A stretch of 58,033 bases of DNA, counting the filler, from Asterionella formosa (lineage: Eukaryota): the NCBI GenBank assembly GCA_002256025.1. It is 7 parts of 7 records of this genome, joined end to end, with 100 filler letters (N's around TTAATTAATTAA, not from the genome) between each part and the next. Parts side by side here need not be neighbours in the genome. Positions count along the whole stretch, not along the records: positions 49,834 to 58,033 come from NKIB01012305.1; 6 more parts are not named here. One strand, written 5' to 3'. The position numbers and the translations under genes were made by a program. Below the pieces are notes generated by a model that had not been told where the DNA came from, ran no database searches, and saw nothing but the letters and a program-made list of their open reading frames with translations. Numbering within the stretch: the stretch's first letter is position 1; each line of letters begins with the position of its first letter. Below are positions 49,834 to 58,033 of the stretch, piece by piece.

Positions 49834-50693
49834 GGTACTCCACCTGGTACCAGGTACTCCGTACCAGGTATCGGTACCGGTACCTACTGTGTGATGAGGA
49901 ATGTTATTTCCCGTGGATGTTTAATGCCTGATCAGAGCTCAAAATCGATTCGACGAAATGATTGTCGCGCGTACTTTTCAAGAAGTAGGCAAACTTCGCA
50001 GAAGATCGCGCGACTAGAATTTTGCAAGATATTTGGAAAAAAAACGGCGAGGTCTGTGCACGATACCAGGTACACAAAAGGGATTTTCGACGTAGCGAGG
50101 GAGCACGGAGTTTCCCGTACCTCCCAGTAGGTAAGCGAATGACGCGACGATAGCTAGAGCGGGAATTGCCTCAACAGTACCCTTCTCGTCGGCTACTTGC
50201 CTTCTCGTGTACTCGCAGGCAAGAGACCACCTCGGGCGTGTTTTGCCTTCAGCAAGTTGCGGTCATTTTGGTTTAACTAACATTTTGATCTTGGATAAAG
50301 ACAGCTAAATCTTTCATTTCAGAAAAAATTACCGCAACTTGCAGGAACCGGCATATATATCTGTGTGTGTGTAGATTTATGGGCGTGTCATCCGGGTTTC
50401 ATATATGGCGCGCCAAAAATATATGATGATGTACCTTCCCTCAAGATTGACGTTAGGCAGCATATAATATACCGGTATTCTATAGGAATATCAGACACAT
50501 CAGTCGGTATGTAAATTGGCTGACGAATACGGGAATGTTTTGATGACAGTCTGTCTCTAATATTTTATGTCGTTCTTGATACTACATGCTGTTGGGTTCT
50601 TGCATTTTTATGTAGGTTTAGGTACTACTATAAGTAGAAACTATTTTGTTCAAATTTCATGTAATTGTTTCTCCTGAATCCCCACTTTCCAAA

Positions 50694-51925
50694 ATGACGG
50701 ATGAAAGGAAGCGACCAGCTGTCACGGAGATTGACGACATGTCCAAGAAGCTTCAGCTTCCATGGGTCGAAAAGTACCGCCCGAAGACGTACGTTTGTTC
50801 TCGGTGCTGTTCGTGATATCCTGGGGAACAGGACTAGTGTGCAGTCCTACTGTTGGGAAATCACTCCGACTTGTCCAATCAACCAGCACTCACCAACTAG
50901 TCATATTCCCTCTAACAGTCTGGAAGAACTGGTGGCTCATGAAGACATTATATCCATCTTGACCAAATTGATTGACTCAGAAAACTTGCCGCACTTGCTA
51001 TTTTACGGGCCTCCAGGAACCGGAAAGGTAGGATGTCATCCTCATGTTGAACCGTTGCAGATTCCACCCCCAATTTTCTCAGCTATCACTATTACTTTAG
51101 ACATCCACGATCGTCGCTGCCGCCAAGCGCATGTACGGTGCGAAGGCCTACTCCAACATGGCATTGGAACTGAACGCATCAGATGCTCGTGGTATCGATG
51201 TGGTTCGGAACGAAATCAAGGAGTTTGCTGGAACCCGCCAGTTATTTTCCAAGGGCATTAAGTTGATTATTTTAGACGAAGCCGATGCCATGACAAGCGA
51301 TGCTCAGTTTGCGCTTCGTCGAGTTATTGAGAAGTACACCAAGAATGCTAGATTTTGTTTGATTTGCAACTATGTCAGCAAAATTATTCCAGCGCTGCAG
51401 TCGAGATGCACTCGCTTTCGATTCGCGCCTCTGTCCCGTGATCAGATCCAAGGACGGTTGGATGAAGTGGCGGGAAGTGAAGGAGTTGACTTGACAGGTA
51501 GTGGAAAGGATGCGATTTTGCGATTGGCTGGAGGTGACATGCGCCGTGTCTTGAACTTGTTACAATCTACGTCCATGTCGTCCACGACTGTGGACGAAGA
51601 GTCAGTATACTTGACATCTGGTGCTCCCCTTCCATCTGATATGAAAATAATTTTGGATCTGTTGTTGAACGCTACCTTTGAAAATGCGTACACTGCAATT
51701 GTAATCTTGTGCACAGCAAAGGGATATGCTCTCGCTGACGTCTTGGCAGATCTGACAGTAATGATTATTGCCTTGGAATTGCCTAGCTCTGTCATGGCCA
51801 GATTATTGGATGGCATGTCAAATGTAGAGCACCGATTGGCGTTTGGTACAGATGAAAAACTGCAAGCAGCATCGTTGGTAGGAGTATTTACTCAGACACG
51901 GGAATTGACAACTGTGATGTTTTAG
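50694..51925 (+). CDS. RFC5: Replication factor C small subunit (human RFC5 / yeast Rfc3 type); exons 50694-50788, 50919-51027 and 51101-51925
   Basis: LPWVEKYRP, PHLLFYGPPGTGKT, ELNASDARGIDVVR, DEADAMT and SRC motifs; two canonical introns. Confidence 0.94.
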
Positions 51926-52934
51926 CAAACAGGCGGCGACAATGGATCGAAAAATGTCGTTCAATGCTTGTAATGGGGAGTGAGCACTGTTTTCAAAAAT
52001 CAAAAATTTATAGAAACCTTTAGAAGTCTAGGTGGAATTACAACAAAGGGTTCTGGTTACACCAACAGAAAGAGATTTTCGAAAAAGTAAAAGAATCGAA
52101 ATAGTTATACATTACCATTTTCAATTTTCTCTTAAGGTTTCGAATATCTTGAGGAATCATATACTTGGAATGAAGAAGGGCTTTCACAGGGACTGAGTAA
52201 GAAATGCTTATTGGCTTAGTTGCTGCACATGTTAACCATTTCCTTGACTGGCGCATATTTACTAGTAGTCGGATGAATCGAGGAGTAAATTTAAGGAATG
52301 CGTAGAGCTTGCTGAGCCCATTCTTTCAACGCACAAACTGAAGAGTCATTTCATGGAAATGCCAGTCATTCCTCATCTTCGGATCATTCCATGATAAAAC
52401 GTGGCACTAGCAATGATTTGACCAAACAATGCAAGTGGGATTGGTTACGTTTGTCCCATGCATGAACTCTTATGCGCTCATGAAGCTTGTTTCTGATACT
52501 TTCTAATTTTGGAAGAATTTTAACAATTTATACATCTGAAGTACATATTTGACAACTGCTACTTATGTTCATGGTAACAAGATCAAAAAAGGACAGCAAT
52601 AGAATGACTAGCATAAGCAATTTGCATTATGACAGCCATTCAATTCAATAGTCGTTAATAATTCTGAAAATAATCCTTTTTTTCATAGCAATCCCTTTGA
52701 ATTGGTAGTTTACTATATGCTTCACTTTCATACTCCCACAAGCTGAGACTACCAATAATTTTTTAATTTTCTTTTATGTCCATAACAAATAGCTAAACGC
52801 GCTTCTGCTTCTCAATAGTTGAGTTGCATCCTTTTCAGCATTACTACAATTTGCCATATTTCTGCATGTAAATGTGAGTGAAATAATCAAATGTTTAAAA
52901 GACTGTACAAATAACAAATTGTATCCTCCATTTC

Positions 52935-54580
52935 TTATAAGAGAAGTGATCCAGCAATTTCCTCATGATCACTGTCAACTTCATCATACTCATCACGTGT
53001 GTTGCGAGAATTTGCTTTTTCCTTTGGTAATGCAAACGCAAAGCTTGCAGCCACTAGAAAAAGTAACCCTGCAAAAATAAACATAGTTCCTGGTCCAGGA
53101 TAAGGCATTTCCTTTGTTTGGCTGTAGACTGCTCGTAGTACTAAGGGACCAGCCCCAGAAGCTAATGCTTGGACAGAGTACAATGCACCCTGAATCCTAC
53201 CTTGTTCATTTTCAGCCTTTTGAAACAATGGGACGATAATTAGAATTCGCAACGGAAAAACACAACCAAGTATCGAAATAATTTGCTGGCACTAGCCTAA
53301 CTTACCACGTTGTTAGCTTTTATTGCTGAAATTGTAGGAAATGCCATTCCACAGAAGGCAGACAGGCCAATTGCAATAAATATGGTGATCTTGTTCTTGG
53401 CTAGACCGTACAGCGTGTTGTCCAACGCTCCGACAACAAATGCAAATACAATAACCAAACGTTCCCCAAGGCAGTCGTTGATGGGCTTCAAAAAAACTCC
53501 TTGTACCAAAATACCAAGTATCCCCATTAGCATGAACATGATGGCAATATCATGGTCATTAAAATCCAAGCGCTCTTCCACGTAATAAATCAACAGCGTT
53601 TGGTCACCTGATGTGACCATCCCGCTAAAGAATGCCAATGAACTTAGCAAACGAAATAACTTGTTGCGATTCAAGATGGAAAGTTCTCGAACAGGTCTTT
53701 GTACAGTCCAAAATGCCCTTCGCCACCCTGTTCCAACAGTTTGCAGCTCCAACGCGCGGCAGCGAGCCGATTCTGCAGCAGTTTCAGGAGGAAGAGTCTC
53801 TGGAAAAAATACGACTGTGTTGAAAAAGCCAATAGTAATCATGGATAAGGAAAGGAGTGACACATGAAAGTGATCCAGCATCAATGCCAACATGGGTGCC
53901 AAAGCAAAGCCGAGCGAGAATCCTGCCAAAATCATGCCGAAACTCGCAGCCCGCCATTTGGGTGGCATTACATCGGATAGAGCAGAGAGTGCAACCGCAA
54001 TCCAATTCACCAGACCAGTCATGGCATTCGCAGAATAGTACCACGTTGGGCTCATAGTTGGAATCAGTTGAAGCAGGACCAAACACAATGGTGTAAGGGT
54101 AGACAGAAAAATACCAATCAACATAACTCCCTTTCTTCCCTTTTCATCACTGATACTTCCAACCACAGAGCTGGTGATGAAAGTTAATGTACTAGAAACT
54201 AGGTTAGCGAATGCAGCAGCATTTTGAGCATCCGCAGATCCATTCAAGCACTCAAGTGGTTTGTCCCCCCTCCCAAAGTCAGCACAGTTTTGATCGGCGT
54301 CGAACCCATGGTTCAATCTTGCATATCTATCAGCCACAACGGCAGGTACTACTCCAATCGTCGACCCAAACCCAAGCGCTAATAAGAGAATCAAAAGAAC
54401 AATTTGCGGTGGTCCCTTGGAGGTGGCAAATTGAACCAAAAAGGATTCACGGCGGTAAATACTACGTCTGAGGACAGGTTCATTAGGATCAATTTGATCC
54501 ATACGTAGATGCTTTGTGCATGCTTCCTCGTGGAATGGAGTCTCCAACAAGGGATCCGCCCGATTGTATTCGGGAGACAT
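52935..54580 (-). CDS. MFS transporter of the DHA1/TetA-like (MFSD14/HIAT1-like) group; exons 54580-53306 and 53216-52935
   Basis: Motif A GSISDEKGRK, about 12 hydrophobic segments, and EQGRIQGAL. Intron 53305-53217 (GTAAGT...AAG). First ATG at 54580. Confidence 0.9.
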
Positions 54581-56971
54581 CCCGTCGCTCTGTGTTCTTG
54601 ACAAATCGAGAATTGAAGCTCTCTACTCTTGTTTCAATGATTGCAACGCTTTGATATGACCCAAAGAGTGGTATGAGTTCGTTTGAGTATCCAAAAGCGA
54701 GTTTTGGACCTTCGATCGCCCTGATTCAGTACTATGTGATGTACTGCATCCTTAGCAATCACAACATGGACCAAATAGATATAGGAAACATAAATATGAT
54801 AGGAACTAAAAAGAACAACGAAGCACGATGCCCCGGGCGGGTGAATGATGAGCACACCATTACGGCTAGCAACCAGGTACCTGGTACCTAGTTGACCTTG
54901 TACTGTATGTCCATACAACGAATTACCGGGTAACAGGTTACATACCGGTGCGTATGTACCGGTAGTTTGATCATGTGTGATGCTCGACACTATTCCACAG
55001 ATCTGACGTCAGCATTAATTAGGTTCGACGACGAAGAAGGAGGAGGAACAAGGGGAGGGAACGACCTTCAAAAGAACTACCCCGGTACGCCGTACGTAGG
55101 AGCACGTACGTGCTCGCAAATCAGTCGTCTCTTTCCTCAGAATCCTCGCTCATCACCACGACCATCATTCCACTGTCTTCATTTATTTGGTATAATATAA
55201 ATACATAAATAGAGGAGCGAATGATGTACCGGGTACCGGTAGTTATAGTATTGGTTTGATGATTGAGTTCAAATTTTCAAGGCCGAACCTCACACTTCGA
55301 ACCCCCCCCAACCAGAATACCGGTATAAGCTTGGCTAATATGCACCCCTTCTGAAAAGCATAGTCATTGTTGGATCCATAGTCATAGTAGTTGCCATTTG
55401 CTGATCTTACATTTTGCTTGTGGAAGAATACAATTGCTGCAAAACACATTCTTTTTTGAATTGTGTCAAGCTTGGCAGGCTTGAAAATGACAAAATATGT
55501 CAAACATCGAATGGAAAATGTTTACAAAGATGATGAGCACCTGCCAGGTGTCATGTTGTCAGCTTCATCAAAATGACTGTACCTTGCAGGTACCAGATAC
55601 CCTCCTGCTGGTTGGTCATGGTGGCACAGACAGCAAGGTCTAGTAATTGAGGAATATACAGAATTTGTTTCCTCATAGTACCAACTATTGTTTGCCAGTA
55701 CTTCCCAGGGGTACTTGAGGTTGCAGATAGTTACAACTAGAGAGCATCCCCATGGAACATAACAACATGTGAGGTTTACTTGTTGCTTGTGAATTAAGTT
55801 GGGTACCAGCCAGCAGTATTCTATCTGGGGTAGAAGGGAGCACCAGCCAGGTGAACATTGGAGAAACAAGGTGTAAATACTACATGATTCCATACTAGAT
55901 AGTAGACAATATTTACCTTGTTATACTAGGACAAAGATACCTTGTAAAGGTATCNNNNNNNNNNNNNNNNNNNNNNNNNNNNNNNNNNNNNNNNNNNNNN
56001 NNNNNNNNNNNNNNNNNNNNNNNNNNNNNNNNNNNNNNNNNNNNNNNNNNNNNNNNNNNNNNNNNNNNNNNNNNNNNNNNNNNNNNNNNNNNNNNNNNNN
56101 NNNNNNNNNNNNNNNNNNNNNNNNNNNNNNNNNNNNNNNNNNNNNNNNNNNNNNNNNNNNNNNNNNNNNNNNNNNNNNNNNNNNNNNNNNNNNNNNNNNN
56201 NNNNNNNNNNNNNNNNNNNNNNNNNNNNNNNNNNNNNNNNNNNNNNNNNNNNNNNNNNNNNNNNNNNNNNNNNNNNNNNNNNNNNNNNNNNNNNNNNNNN
56301 NNNNNNNNNNNNNNNNNNNNNNNNNNNNNNNNNNNNNNNNNNNNNNNNNNNNNNNNNNNNNNNNNNNNNNNNNNNNNNNNNNNNNNNNNNNNNNNNNNNN
56401 NNNNNNNNNNNNNNNNNNNNNNNNNNNNNNNNNNNNNNNNNNNNNNNNNNNNNNNNNNNNNNNNNNNNNNNNNNNNNNNNNNNNNNNNNNNNNNNNNNNN
56501 NNNNNNNNNNNNNNNNNNNNNNNNNNNNNNNNNNNNNNNNNNNNNNNNNNNNNNNNNNNNNNNNNNNNNNNNNNNNNNNNNNNNNNNNNNNNNNNNNNNN
56601 NNNNNNNNNNNNNNNNNNNNNNNNNNNNNNNNNNNNNNNNNNNNNNNNNNNNNNNNNNNGGTATGTGTGGATTCTGGTATGTTTCGGTTATCATCCATGT
56701 TATGATGCATATAAACGGTATCTGGTACCATGGTACCAGGTACCATGTATACCCGGTATTGAATTACCGGTGGTACCTGGTACCGGTACCGGTACCGGCA
56801 CCGGTACGAGGTAGCTAGCTTCGGGCATTGCACATCAAAGCATCTTCTTCGTCGCGAGACGAATGAAGCGTCTGCGCAAATACTCAATCATAATTGGACC
56901 ACTGCATGTACCCGGTATTTGGCGGTCAAGAATCGTCTTTGTGTATTACTAAAGCAATCAATCGATAGATA

Positions 56972-57833
56972 ATGTTACGAATGCTCCGATCGCATCGAGT
57001 CTTTGGGCAAGGGGCTCTCCGTTCCCGCCGCGCCATCTTTAGCCCAACTTCCCCTCTGTTGATGGCCACAAAGACCATCAAAGTTCCCACAATGGGTGAT
57101 TCCATTACAGAGGTGCGGTTAAGCATTTATTCGTTGCATGTTTGGTGATGTTGTTTCTCGTTTACTTTGTGCTGAAGATGATGTCATGTTCATTTTCAGG
57201 GAACTATTGTTGAATGGGTTGTTGGCGTTGGCCAGGCTGTTAAAGCAGACGACGTGGTTGCTTTGATCGAGACTGATAAAGTTACTGTGGACATCAAGGC
57301 AGAGATGGATGGAGTTGTGACCCAACACTTTGGCGCCATGTAAGTTCATGTTTTCCATGTTTTTACGGGCCGTGCAACAAACACAGCATCACTAATGAAA
57401 CATTCTCGTGTAATCTATTGATAGTGACGAAACAGTGGAAGTTGGGGCCAAACTATATGAGATTGATACCGAGGCTTCAGCAACCGTTTCTTCCGGAGAT
57501 ATCGCTCCTTCAACCTCCACCTTAGAACCGGAAGCCGCAGTGGCCAACGAGGCAGAAGCACCTACTCTGTCAGTGCCCCCCGTTAGTGGTCGCAAACCAT
57601 CGATTCACTTTTTGGGAAAGGAAGGTTGGGCCCAACAGCTGAGTCCAACTCCTGCTGCTCCAAATAAACCAGTCAAACCGCATGCAGTTACTACATTGGA
57701 TGGATCATTACTACCCCCAATGTATGGACGGCCACTTTTCACGGAGAAGGAAATGGATGCATTGATCCTTGGTGGCGCCAACATTGCTCCAAAGGTCAAG
57801 TCATTCTCAACCGGTTCCACATTTGGCCTATAG
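56972..57833 (+). CDS. Mitochondrial lipoyl-domain protein with KGD4/MRPS36-like C-terminal motifs; exons 56972-57112, 57200-57339 and 57425-57833
   Basis: R-rich presequence; E2o-type lipoyl domain VPTMGDSITEGTIVEW...IETDKVTVDI; Ala/Pro linker; RKPSIHFLGK and LPPMYGRPLFTEKEMDALILGGA; stop at 57833 with no acyltransferase domain. Confidence 0.85.
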
Positions 57834-58033
57834 CTGTAAACAGTAAACGAAGATTTTGTTGGTTTGCTTTATGAGTGGTGTTTAAACAAGTTTAAGTTGC
57901 CCTATTGTGTGGCTTGCCCTAAGCTACATATCCATGCATATAATAGTAGAATAAGAAAATTTTAAAGTACACTTTTATTGAGATATGGAGTTTGTGGAGT
58001 TGCACTAGGGGGCCCAAATTGACCCCAAAGGAA

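Noticed and set aside
58007..58026. GGGGCCCAAATTGACCCC palindrome resembling a DNA-transposon subterminal motif
   Set aside because: It lies at the window edge and no partner end or element body is visible.

Overview
Eukaryotic nuclear DNA, almost certainly from a diatom and probably a pennate. Evidence: short GT-AG introns of about 70-140 nt, bipartite plastid-targeting peptides, a fused TrpEG, a PtCA1-like beta-carbonic anhydrase, and CoDi-type copia and Ambal-type LINE relics. The window is not one locus. It is seven unrelated scaffolds of about 8.2 kb joined by artificial 100-nt spacers (N44-TTAATTAATTAA-N44), so gene neighbourhoods are meaningful only within a scaffold. Genes found: RPB10, a large bromodomain/ET protein, anthranilate synthase TrpEG, an FGGY sugar kinase, beta-CA, a CAMK-like kinase, a UBC4/5 E2, RBX1, an ARM-repeat pseudogene, a small plastid protein, purple acid phosphatase, a CRAL-TRIO protein, RFC5, an MFS transporter and a mitochondrial lipoyl-domain protein. 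The most interesting observations are: (1) a lipoyl domain fused to KGD4/MRPS36-like motifs with no catalytic domain; (2) a tRNA-headed, heavily structured non-coding element that can adopt an HDV-ribozyme-like topology, plus a second structured tRNA-linked element; (3) anthranilate synthase with two C-terminal SAP-like helical motifs; (4) a BET-like protein with three copies of an unrecognised beta-rich domain; (5) a phosphatase plus lipid-transfer gene pair bracketed by about 350-bp direct repeats; (6) recurrent palindromic GGTACC/ACCGGT/ACCWGGT clusters near gene starts. All family assignments come from reading motifs by eye, not from database searches.
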